53,660 nt of DNA, from the sequence record PP952070.1. One strand, 5' to 3'. A program made the position numbers and the translations under genes. Shown here one piece after another: positions 9,823-17,874 of this stretch. This DNA comes from Staphylococcus phage Pel53. Below the pieces are notes generated by a model. It searched no databases. It saw only the letters and a program-made list of their open reading frames with translations, and was not told the DNA's origin. The stretch's first letter is position 1. Each line of letters begins with the position of its first letter.

Positions 9823-10955
9823 CAGATAACGGCTTTGTTCGTAAACCTGTAGCCGATGTTGTATCAAATCTTAATAACAAATTCATTGCTGCATTTGGTT
9901 CCAACTTTGATATTAGTCCTGAATCACCTGACGGACAATACATTGGAATTATGGCAGATGAGATTGCATCGTGTTGGGAACAGGCCGAGCAGGTATTTAA
10001 CTCTTACCGTCCAGGTGCTGTATCCGGCATTGGTCTTGATAACGTATGCGAACTGACGAACACTGTTCGATATGTTGACAAGCCTTCTCAAGCAACTGTC
10101 TTGTGTGCTGGTGATATGGGAACTGTTGTTCCTGCTGGCTCTGTCGTAACAGATGGAACCATGCGCTTCACCCTCGACACAGACGTAACACTCCCAGGTG
10201 ATGTAACTGTTATTGCAGAAGAAGTTGGTGAATATTATATTGCACCAAACACAATCAACCAAATTGTGACTCCTGTTGCTGGATGGACTTCTGTCAATAA
10301 CGAAACAACTGGCGAGACAGGTATTAACTATGAACCAGACCCACAACTTCGAGCACGTCGAGAAAAGACTACGGCAGTCAGTAGCACAGCCACGGTCGAA
10401 GCCATCTATGCTTCACTCGCTGACCTCGATATTGATTACATTCGTGTTCGTGATAATGATACCGGCTCTCCTATTGGCAGCCAGCCTTCTGGGACTATCT
10501 TTGTTGTAGTTGATGGTGGCACCAGTAACGATATTGCTCGACGCATTTATAATGCCAAGACTGGTGGTGTTCCAACATATGGCGATATCACAATCACTGT
10601 AGCAGACTCGAAAGGTTATCCGCACGCTATCCACTTTAGCCGACCAACCTACACAGACATTTATGTCAAAGGTACGTTCCGTCGTCGCACGAATGCCAAC
10701 GTAAGTTCGAACGATGCTATTCGCCAATTGACCGAAGCAACTGTTAACTACCTAAACTCCCTGCAACCAGGTCAGAGTGTTGTGTGGTCAAACATGTTTG
10801 CTCCAATCATGGCTGCAACACAGTCGCTTGAAATTGATTCATTGTTCATTGGCATTGCCCCAAACCCAGCTGGCATAACGACCATCGATTTGGACATTGA
10901 CAAGCGTGCTCGTGGCGTTGCTGCTAACATCTCCTACTCTGACATAACGGTGTAA
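9798..10955 (+). CDS. baseplate protein J-like (gp6/gpJ family)
   Basis: 385 aa, following the gpW-like gene. Conserved P2 order V-W-J-I. Confidence 0.5.
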   Translation: MATIQYGVTDNGFVRKPVADVVSNLNNKFIAAFGSNFDISPESPDGQYIGIMADEIASCWEQAEQVFNSYRPGAVSGIGLDNVCELTNTVRYVDKPSQATVLCAGDMGTVVPAGSVVTDGTMRFTLDTDVTLPGDVTVIAEEVGEYYIAPNTINQIVTPVAGWTSVNNETTGETGINYEPDPQLRARREKTTAVSSTATVEAIYASLADLDIDYIRVRDNDTGSPIGSQPSGTIFVVVDGGTSNDIARRIYNAKTGGVPTYGDITITVADSKGYPHAIHFSRPTYTDIYVKGTFRRRTNANVSSNDAIRQLTEATVNYLNSLQPGQSVVWSNMFAPIMAATQSLEIDSLFIGIAPNPAGITTIDLDIDKRARGVAANISYSDITV

Positions 10956-10956
10956 C

Positions 10957-11598
10957 ATGGCTGGTAAACATGGCTTAGACATGCTGCTTTCGCAGTATGC
11001 ACTTTCACCAAACCTCCGCAAATATATTTCAATCTTCTTGGAAGAGTTTGCAGAAGTTAAGAAGGCCATGACTGACTCGATTAAGTATAGATACCTTGCA
11101 GATTCGTTCGGCATCATGGTCGATGACCTTGCATATATTGTAGGGGCTTCTCGTACAATCTACGGTGCCGCAGCACTTGGATACTTTGGCTTCTATGCCA
11201 ACCCAGGTGCATTTCCTGCTGGTGATGATAATGACCCAGGTGTTGGCGGTATTCTGAAATCAGATTACGACAAAGACTCTGGGGACTTTGTTCGAACAGA
11301 TGCGCAGTTGAAGAACGCAATACGCGCTCGTATCATTAAGATAACTGGCAACTGTACTATCGAACAGCTTATCATGTACATTGAGTTAGTTGTTGGCAGA
11401 GAACTAAAACTTCAAATCATCGAAGGGTTCCAGACAATGGACTATGTTGTTCACGAAAGACTGTCTGTAGCTGAGAAGGTTCTCATGGCGTATATGCTCC
11501 CGAACTTTAAACCTGTTGGAATTAAGATTACCCTCGCAGATACTGAGGGAAATATCGCCCTGGTTTATGGTTCCAAAGATTATCCTCCGGAGAAATAA
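10957..11598 (+). CDS. baseplate/tail protein I-like
   Basis: 213 aa, follows the J-like gene. Position matches P2 gpI. Confidence 0.4.
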   Translation: MAGKHGLDMLLSQYALSPNLRKYISIFLEEFAEVKKAMTDSIKYRYLADSFGIMVDDLAYIVGASRTIYGAAALGYFGFYANPGAFPAGDDNDPGVGGILKSDYDKDSGDFVRTDAQLKNAIRARIIKITGNCTIEQLIMYIELVVGRELKLQIIEGFQTMDYVVHERLSVAEKVLMAYMLPNFKPVGIKITLADTEGNIALVYGSKDYPPEK

Positions 11599-12743
11599 TG
11601 ACTCAACGTCTTAAGTTTAAATTTCCTTGGGCGCAAGACGGTGAAGTTACAGACCCGGACTTGGACACCACTGCGCCAAGTTTTATCGCAAACAGATATG
11701 CCAACTTGGGTTGGGAGGTTGAGAAGCCGCCTAACGAGTGGCAGAACTTCCTATCTCAGATTAGTGATTTGAAGATTATCTCTCTTCTGTTTGGCGGTAT
11801 TGCTGAATTTGATTCAAGCGTGACTTATCCGGTTGGTGCAGTCTCTTCTCTCAATGGCATTGTTCGTGTTAATACGTCTACTGGTTGGGAAGAGATAATG
11901 GACCTCAAGCAGATTGACTATCTTAACGACGTCAGTAACTTGAAGTCTATCTATGATAACCACTTAGCTGCAACCAATCCGCACCAAGACACTGTAGATA
12001 CCATAACTGATAAGACCTATAGCAAGACCACTATAGACGATGCTTTTGGGAGTCCTACAGACCCAAGAACTATTGTGTACCACAAACTGCAAATGGGCCG
12101 TGTTCACCAAGAAACTCCCGAACAACTTGGGACACTCCCAACATCTGGTGGTACATTCACTGGTCCTGTAACTTTCCTTGGTGGGATGCTTCTCGCATCA
12201 AACAAGAAAGTAAGTATGGACGGTGGAACTGGGCGGGTCGAATTCAGAAGTGGTGATTTGGTTCTATCCATTGACGCACTTGGCAATGTAGTCTGGAGTG
12301 TGGGTGGTGAAGAGTACCAAGTGATGACAGAATTGAACTACTCAGAGTTCCAGATTCGTTGGGGAAACAGGTTCGCACTACCGCAGCCATACCTCGATAT
12401 GAACATGAAAACATCTATCAATGATGCCATGTCAACTCGTGGATGGACTATTAACACGACAGGTGCTCCAGTATTTAATGCTCGCGGTGGGATTAAGGTT
12501 GACGACAACACAATAACCTTCACAGGTTTTGATGTGTCCTGTCCAACATCCATTGTAATGTATGGAAGAGATGCTGCTGGAAATCTTATTACAGCAAAGT
12601 CCATAATGGCACCATCTGCCGGATACACCTCAATGGCGACCCTGTTGACAAACATGGGATTCACCTCTGCCATTTGGGTTGAAAGAATTATTTGTTACCC
12701 AACTCTTACCGCATATCAACAAACAATGTTAGTGAGGCCATAA
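11598..12743 (+). CDS. tail fibre protein (proximal)
   Basis: 381 aa. Contains NPHQDT and a phage-fibre repeat TSGGTFTGPVTF that is shared with the next ORF. Confidence 0.6.
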   Translation: MTQRLKFKFPWAQDGEVTDPDLDTTAPSFIANRYANLGWEVEKPPNEWQNFLSQISDLKIISLLFGGIAEFDSSVTYPVGAVSSLNGIVRVNTSTGWEEIMDLKQIDYLNDVSNLKSIYDNHLAATNPHQDTVDTITDKTYSKTTIDDAFGSPTDPRTIVYHKLQMGRVHQETPEQLGTLPTSGGTFTGPVTFLGGMLLASNKKVSMDGGTGRVEFRSGDLVLSIDALGNVVWSVGGEEYQVMTELNYSEFQIRWGNRFALPQPYLDMNMKTSINDAMSTRGWTINTTGAPVFNARGGIKVDDNTITFTGFDVSCPTSIVMYGRDAAGNLITAKSIMAPSAGYTSMATLLTNMGFTSAIWVERIICYPTLTAYQQTMLVRP

Positions 12744-14125
12744 TGGCGATTCGTCCTAAACTGAACCGAGTCTGGACTTCAAACAACTCTGTCGCAAGAC
12801 GTGACCCAGGTGATGCAAAATATCTCCAGGGCTGGGTTGCAGAGATTCCAACTTACCAGGTTCTTAACTACCTGCAATATAAGATTGACACCACAATGCT
12901 TGCCCAAGCTGAGCGTGGAATCTTTGAGTGGGGTGATGATGTAAGTTATGGCGTTGGTAGTTTGGCTTGGGACGAAACAAACAAAACGATTTATGTTTGT
13001 ACAGTAACCAACCCAAATAAAACCTTACGCCCAAGTGCAAACCTTGCACAGTGGAGTCCAAGCTCCATCCAAGTTCCTCGTGCAAATTACGATGCAATTG
13101 TCACGGCAATCAATGCCCACATTGCAGACGTAACTACAAACCCGCACCGAGTAACTGCTGCACAAATTGGTGCTTATAATAAGGCCGAGTTGGATTCGAT
13201 TGTTGCTAACTACCGTGCAATGGTTTTAGCACACACCACAGATTACAATAACCCACACCAACTTACTGCAACTCAGGTTGGTGCTGTTCCTGTAACTGGT
13301 GGTACATACACTGGTGAAGTAACTTTCACAACTGTGTATTTGAATGACTCCAAGACTGCACAGATTGTAAATGACAACGGATTGTACTTGCGTAATGGAA
13401 GCTATTACCTTGGTATCAATGGTTCTACAGGGAATCCAGAAGCTGGCACTGCTGCAAGCAAGTCCCGTATTGTAACCGAGTTAAACTTCCCAGATGTTAA
13501 GGCGGCGCAAGAGCCTGAGTATGCCCACTTAGAACCTACGTTCCAGATGAACTTAGTGAACTCTCTCAATATTGTAAGAGGCCCTGGTACAGTAGAGACA
13601 TCTGCCGGAATGAACGTCCAGTTTGACCAAGCTAATGGTGGCGTATTCCTGTATGACCAGGGTGGGGCAGGTAATTCAATAAACGGTAGTGATGAACTTG
13701 TGAGCATAGGTGAGATTGTACCATTTACTATCGCATTTGACTACTACCCAAACAACCCAATAGATTCCTCATTGTGGCAGTTTGTAATAGGGATGCATGG
13801 ATACAAAGTCTTGTTCCGACAAAACAACAACCTGGCCTTGGAAGTTAGAAACAGTGTTGGAAGTAATGTGATTGTATGTGCAAACTCCTATGTTGCACCA
13901 CCATATGTGTGGAGCAGGATAGTGGCAACATCGGATGGGATAACGTTCCGTCTTTATATGAATGGCGTACAGATTGCACAAGAAGCTGCCTTTGCAACCT
14001 ACAACACCCCAGCCAGTAGAAAATTCATATTGAACTTTTTATCAAATGTTAAAAAGGCTGTTCGGTTCCGTGGATTTAGGATTTGGCCTTATGCGCTATC
14101 TGCTAAACAAGTTTCAACTTTATAG
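12743..14125 (+). CDS. tail fibre protein
   Basis: ATG at 12743 preceded by gtgagg; the upstream ATG at 12692 overlaps the previous gene. Contains NPHRVT, NPHQLT and the repeat VTGGTYTGEVTF. Confidence 0.6.
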   Translation: MAIRPKLNRVWTSNNSVARRDPGDAKYLQGWVAEIPTYQVLNYLQYKIDTTMLAQAERGIFEWGDDVSYGVGSLAWDETNKTIYVCTVTNPNKTLRPSANLAQWSPSSIQVPRANYDAIVTAINAHIADVTTNPHRVTAAQIGAYNKAELDSIVANYRAMVLAHTTDYNNPHQLTATQVGAVPVTGGTYTGEVTFTTVYLNDSKTAQIVNDNGLYLRNGSYYLGINGSTGNPEAGTAASKSRIVTELNFPDVKAAQEPEYAHLEPTFQMNLVNSLNIVRGPGTVETSAGMNVQFDQANGGVFLYDQGGAGNSINGSDELVSIGEIVPFTIAFDYYPNNPIDSSLWQFVIGMHGYKVLFRQNNNLALEVRNSVGSNVIVCANSYVAPPYVWSRIVATSDGITFRLYMNGVQIAQEAAFATYNTPASRKFILNFLSNVKKAVRFRGFRIWPYALSAKQVSTL

Positions 14126-14134
14126 GATTCAAAA

Positions 14135-15190
14135 ATGGCTAAAGGTTATTCTTTAGATGCGTTGGTCCAAGAACATTACGGTAAATTTGCCAATCTTGGA
14201 ACAACCAATATCAACAATCTATTTGGTATTGATGCGGTTGGTGCATACCCACAACCAATCTCTGCCAATGCTAGTGTGGCAAACGGATACCCAAGTGGTG
14301 CTATTGCAGGTACTCTTGAGGTAATTCCCCACAGTGCCAACGTGGCTGGTCACGTAATGCAAAGGTATACGAACTATACATCCTCACCAGGAAGCGCAAG
14401 TATCAGAAGTTGGTTGAGGAGCCAGGCTGGCTCTAATGACTCATTTTCAAACTGGATAGAGCAAGTAGATATGAACAATATCTATAATGCAATCTACCCG
14501 ATTGGTATTGTATTGAAGTTTGACAATGCTACCAACCCTAACAACGCCTTCACTGGAACTGTGTGGGAACAGATTGTAGATGGTCGTACTGCCCGTGCTG
14601 CGACTGGTCCAGAAGCTGGAACTGCTGATGGTCAGATTGGCTCAGTGGCTGGTTCTGATACAGCTAACATTGCTGTAACCAACCTACCAGGCCACACACA
14701 CGGGATGCAGAACCACACCCACGGCATTGCATCTCACACCCACACGATGACACACACGCACTCTATCAATCACCAACACCCAAAGCACCAGTCAACAACC
14801 AACGGCGCACACATCCACGCCGTAACAGGTAAGACTACGACCAACGGGAACCACACCCACGGTGCCGCTATGGGTAACAACGCCAACGTTACGCCAACTA
14901 TATTTGCTGGGTCAGACTCTGGCCAGGTGACTACGAGAAACGTTCTTTGGGCTGGGGACCACTCCCACGACCTCAACGGGACGGCAGGTACGGCTGGCGA
15001 CCACTTTCATGAAGTGGCACTGCCCAACTTCGTAGGAACCAGTGGCGGCTCCAGCGCTGCCAACACAGGCGGCACGGCCCTTACCTCTGGCAGTCCTAGC
15101 AACAACAACACTACCTCAACTGGTGACGGCACGGCACTTAACGTGCGCAACTCGTCCCATTATTATGCCTTCTGGAAACGGGTGGCTTAA
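14135..15190 (+). CDS. tail fibre / receptor-binding protein with His-rich HxH repeats
   Basis: 351 aa. Dense HTHGMQNHTHGIASHTHTMTHTHSINHQH and GDHSHD, GDHFHE boxes like metal-binding His boxes of T-even distal fibres. Polymorphic-looking C-terminus. Confidence 0.55.
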   Translation: MAKGYSLDALVQEHYGKFANLGTTNINNLFGIDAVGAYPQPISANASVANGYPSGAIAGTLEVIPHSANVAGHVMQRYTNYTSSPGSASIRSWLRSQAGSNDSFSNWIEQVDMNNIYNAIYPIGIVLKFDNATNPNNAFTGTVWEQIVDGRTARAATGPEAGTADGQIGSVAGSDTANIAVTNLPGHTHGMQNHTHGIASHTHTMTHTHSINHQHPKHQSTTNGAHIHAVTGKTTTNGNHTHGAAMGNNANVTPTIFAGSDSGQVTTRNVLWAGDHSHDLNGTAGTAGDHFHEVALPNFVGTSGGSSAANTGGTALTSGSPSNNNTTSTGDGTALNVRNSSHYYAFWKRVA

Positions 15191-15197
15191 GGAAATC

Positions 15198-15539
15198 ATG
15201 GAACGCTTATCCATTCAGATGTTTCTGGACCTAATGCACCAATATGGCGTATGGCATGGATTATTGGCTGGTCTGACGGCTTTAATCCGTGGGGCATACG
15301 AGAGTGAGGGTTTGAGCAAGGCGTTGCTGGATGCGGCGCTATGCAGCCTGATTGGCTTGTTTGCCTTTCAGGTTGCTGGCACATTCGAAACTTTCACGAC
15401 TAACGTCACTATGCAGTTAGTTCTTGCTATTGTTATCGGTGTGATTGGTGCTAACCTCATTATCACAACTGTCAGGGAAAGTTTCTCTGGCGCAATCAAA
15501 CAACTTAATCCTTTGACGTGGTTCAAGAAGGCACGATGA
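15198..15539 (+). CDS. holin (three predicted TM helices)
   Basis: ATG 15198 with aaggaaa RBS. 113 aa with three hydrophobic segments and a charged C-terminus (WFKKAR). Immediately upstream of the endolysin. Confidence 0.6.
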   Translation: MERLSIQMFLDLMHQYGVWHGLLAGLTALIRGAYESEGLSKALLDAALCSLIGLFAFQVAGTFETFTTNVTMQLVLAIVIGVIGANLIITTVRESFSGAIKQLNPLTWFKKAR

Positions 15540-15556
15540 AATGATAAGGAACTCGA

Positions 15557-16111
15557 ATGCTATCATTCAAAGTTCTTGCACTTCTGACAGCTTTAGTTCA
15601 CATCAACGCCCCAGCTTCGGTTGGGGTAGTGAATACTGCTATTACAGATTTTGCAAGTCATTCTTATTTAAATGGAAGTCTGAAACTATCTTCTTCACAA
15701 CGCAAAGAGCTAGAATGCTACGCTAAAGTTATCTGGTATGAAGCTCGTGGAGAAGACAAACATGGAAAGATTCTGGTAGCTAATGTCGTCCGTAATAGAA
15801 CTGAGTTCGGGAAGCCATTCGCTAACACCGTTTGTAATGTTGTCTATCAACGCAATCAATTTGCATGGACACGAGAAGCAAAGAAGAAGAATGCTCAATG
15901 GAAGCATGTAGCAAAGGTTAATTATGCCACAGAACAACAACAAGTTCTGGACACCATTAACGTTGCAATCTCTTTTGTATTATTTAATCAACCCTCTGCC
16001 ACCAAAGCAACTCACTTTTGTACAGCATCGGAGAAGTGTAACTTCAAGAATGTTAAAGGTTTGGGACGTTATGGTGGTCATAAATTCTATGAGTATCTAG
16101 GAAATCTGTAA
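15557..16111 (+). CDS. endolysin, SleB-like cell-wall hydrolase with N-terminal signal-anchor (SAR-type)
   Basis: [29 protein letters not shown] matches the SleB/Hydrolase_2 family core. The hydrophobic N-terminus [20 protein letters not shown] suggests a signal-anchor-release endolysin. Confidence 0.65.
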   Translation: MLSFKVLALLTALVHINAPASVGVVNTAITDFASHSYLNGSLKLSSSQRKELECYAKVIWYEARGEDKHGKILVANVVRNRTEFGKPFANTVCNVVYQRNQFAWTREAKKKNAQWKHVAKVNYATEQQQVLDTINVAISFVLFNQPSATKATHFCTASEKCNFKNVKGLGRYGGHKFYEYLGNL

Positions 16112-17229
16112 TGGCTTACACTACCTTTTCACAAACCAAGAATAACCAATTATTAGAACCAATGTTCTTTGGCCAGAACGTTAACGTTGCTCGATATGAC
16201 CAACAGAAGTACGGCATATTCGAGAAGTTAATTGAGAAACAATTGTCATTCTTCTGGCGACCGGAAGAGGTAGACGTTTCCCAGGACCGTATTGATTATC
16301 AGAAGCTACCTGCAAACGAACAGCACATTTTCACCAGCAATCTTCGTTATCAGATTCTTCTGGACTCTATCCAGGGACGTGGACCCAACACAGTTTTGCT
16401 TCCAATCGTGAGCATTCCTGAATTGGAGACGTGGATTGAAACCTGGTCTTTCTCCGAGACTATTCATTCACGTTCTTACACCCACATCATTCGTAATATT
16501 GTTACAGACCCAAGCATCATCTTTGATGAAATCGTAACTAACGAACACATCAAAGCACGAGCAATTGGCATCTCCCAATACTATGACGAACTCCAACAAC
16601 TTACTGCATTATGGCAGTTGTTCGGAGAAGGGAACCATGCTGGTTATGAAATTAGTCTGCGTGAGTTGAAGAAGAAGCTGTATTTATGCCTCATGTCCAT
16701 CAACGCACTGGAAGCAATTCGCTTCTATGTCAGCTTTGCTTGCTCATTTGCCTTCGCTGAACGCAAGCTAATGGAAGGAAATGCCAAGATTATTCGACTG
16801 ATTGCACGAGATGAAGCACTCCATTTGACCGGAACTCAGCACATGCTGAATATTCTTGCAAGTGGAAAAGATGACCCAGAAATGGGCGAAATTGCTCAAG
16901 AATGTCGTGAAGAATGCCAGAAATTGTTCGAAGATGCTGCCCAACAAGAGAAAGATTGGGCCGATTATTTGTTCAAAGATGGCTCCATGATTGGCCTAAA
17001 CAAGCAAATTCTGTGCGGATATGTGGAATATATCACGAATATTCGTATGCAAGCAGTTGGATTAGATGCTCCATTCAAAGGTGCAACTAACCCGATTCCA
17101 TGGATTAATGCATGGTTAAATTCGGATGCTGTACAGGTTGCTCCACAAGAAACGGAGATTAGTTCCTACCTGGTTGGGCAAATTGACTCCGAAGTTGACA
17201 CCAATGCACTCGGTGGATTCGAGTTGTAA
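16111..17229 (+). CDS. nrdB: class Ia ribonucleotide reductase small (beta/R2) subunit, strikingly E. coli-like
   Basis: 372 aa. The N-terminus [34 protein letters not shown] and long stretches ([58 protein letters not shown]) closely match E. coli NrdB as I remember it. No nrdA in the window. Confidence 0.85.
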   Translation: MAYTTFSQTKNNQLLEPMFFGQNVNVARYDQQKYGIFEKLIEKQLSFFWRPEEVDVSQDRIDYQKLPANEQHIFTSNLRYQILLDSIQGRGPNTVLLPIVSIPELETWIETWSFSETIHSRSYTHIIRNIVTDPSIIFDEIVTNEHIKARAIGISQYYDELQQLTALWQLFGEGNHAGYEISLRELKKKLYLCLMSINALEAIRFYVSFACSFAFAERKLMEGNAKIIRLIARDEALHLTGTQHMLNILASGKDDPEMGEIAQECREECQKLFEDAAQQEKDWADYLFKDGSMIGLNKQILCGYVEYITNIRMQAVGLDAPFKGATNPIPWINAWLNSDAVQVAPQETEISSYLVGQIDSEVDTNALGGFEL

Positions 17230-17540
17230 CGATTAAATGGGAGAAGAGATTCGATGCGTTAGCGTCGTTTCTCTTTGAGCTAGAATAAAATAAGTAAGTT
17301 TTCAATATTACTTATTCCCAATATTGCTACAATATTTAAAGTAATATTAGGAATGCGTAAAGTTCAAAACCAAATGGTACATGGTCGGTCAACTGTATCT
17401 AGACATAGACTCGTTCACAATCGGTCAGCTGTATCTAGCCGGAATTTGTTCGAACCCGTTACGAAGTAACAACAGAAGTCCGACTATGTTATAAAAAATT
17501 TTTATATAATTTTTTTTTAATTTAAATATTGTTACGGAAT

Positions 17541-17618
17541 TAATGAGACTCGAATTGTTTCAATATTAATGAGACTAGAATTGTAACGATATTGACGAGA
17601 CTAGAATTGTGGCAATAT
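17541..17618. repeat. three tandem 26-bp iterons TAATGAGACTnGAATTGTnnCAATAT preceded by an extreme A/T tract (17492-17530)
   Basis: Direct reading: aatgagactcgaattgtttcaatatt / aatgagactagaattgtaacgatatt / gacgagactagaattgtggcaatatt, contiguous with no spacers. Confidence 0.7.
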
Positions 17619-17790
17619 TATTTTTATTTTTGAGGTGGCGGGGAGGGGAAGCCCAACGTCCTATCGGACTTAAAATACGGTCCCTACCCCAACTTTTTCC
17701 TGTAGCCTATCGGCTTTCAAACAACACCAAGTTAGGTAGTGGGTCAAGGTCAAAGTCTCCGTGCTGTGCTAACAATGGCACAGGGTTGTG

Positions 17791-17810
17791 ATATTAGTTG
17801 GACGTGAATT
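17791..17810 (+). promoter_or_regulatory. phage-specific promoter-like motif (consensus ACATTAGTTGGAtgTGAA) upstream of RNAP gene
   Basis: atattagttggacgtgaatt. One of about 10 copies of the same motif, all on the + strand in intergenic positions 0-140 bp upstream of gene starts. Confidence 0.5.
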
Positions 17811-17874
17811 GTGTAATGGCTACGCTATTATAATCCGTTTCATTCAAATCATACACAATCTTGGAGACTTACAA

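Noticed and set aside
12692-12742. Upstream ATG start for the second tail-fibre gene
   Set aside because: It would overlap the previous gene by 51 nt and produce a hydrophilic junk N-terminus. ATG 12743 has an RBS (gtgagg) and abuts the previous stop.
16111-17330. Searched for an nrdA (R1) or glutaredoxin/thioredoxin partner next to nrdB
   Set aside because: None is present. The downstream sequence is non-coding and AT-rich, so nrdB is called orphan.
17541-17618. Possible CRISPR-like array (three direct repeats)
   Set aside because: The repeats are contiguous with no unique spacers, only three units, and no cas genes are present. They are interpreted as iterons.
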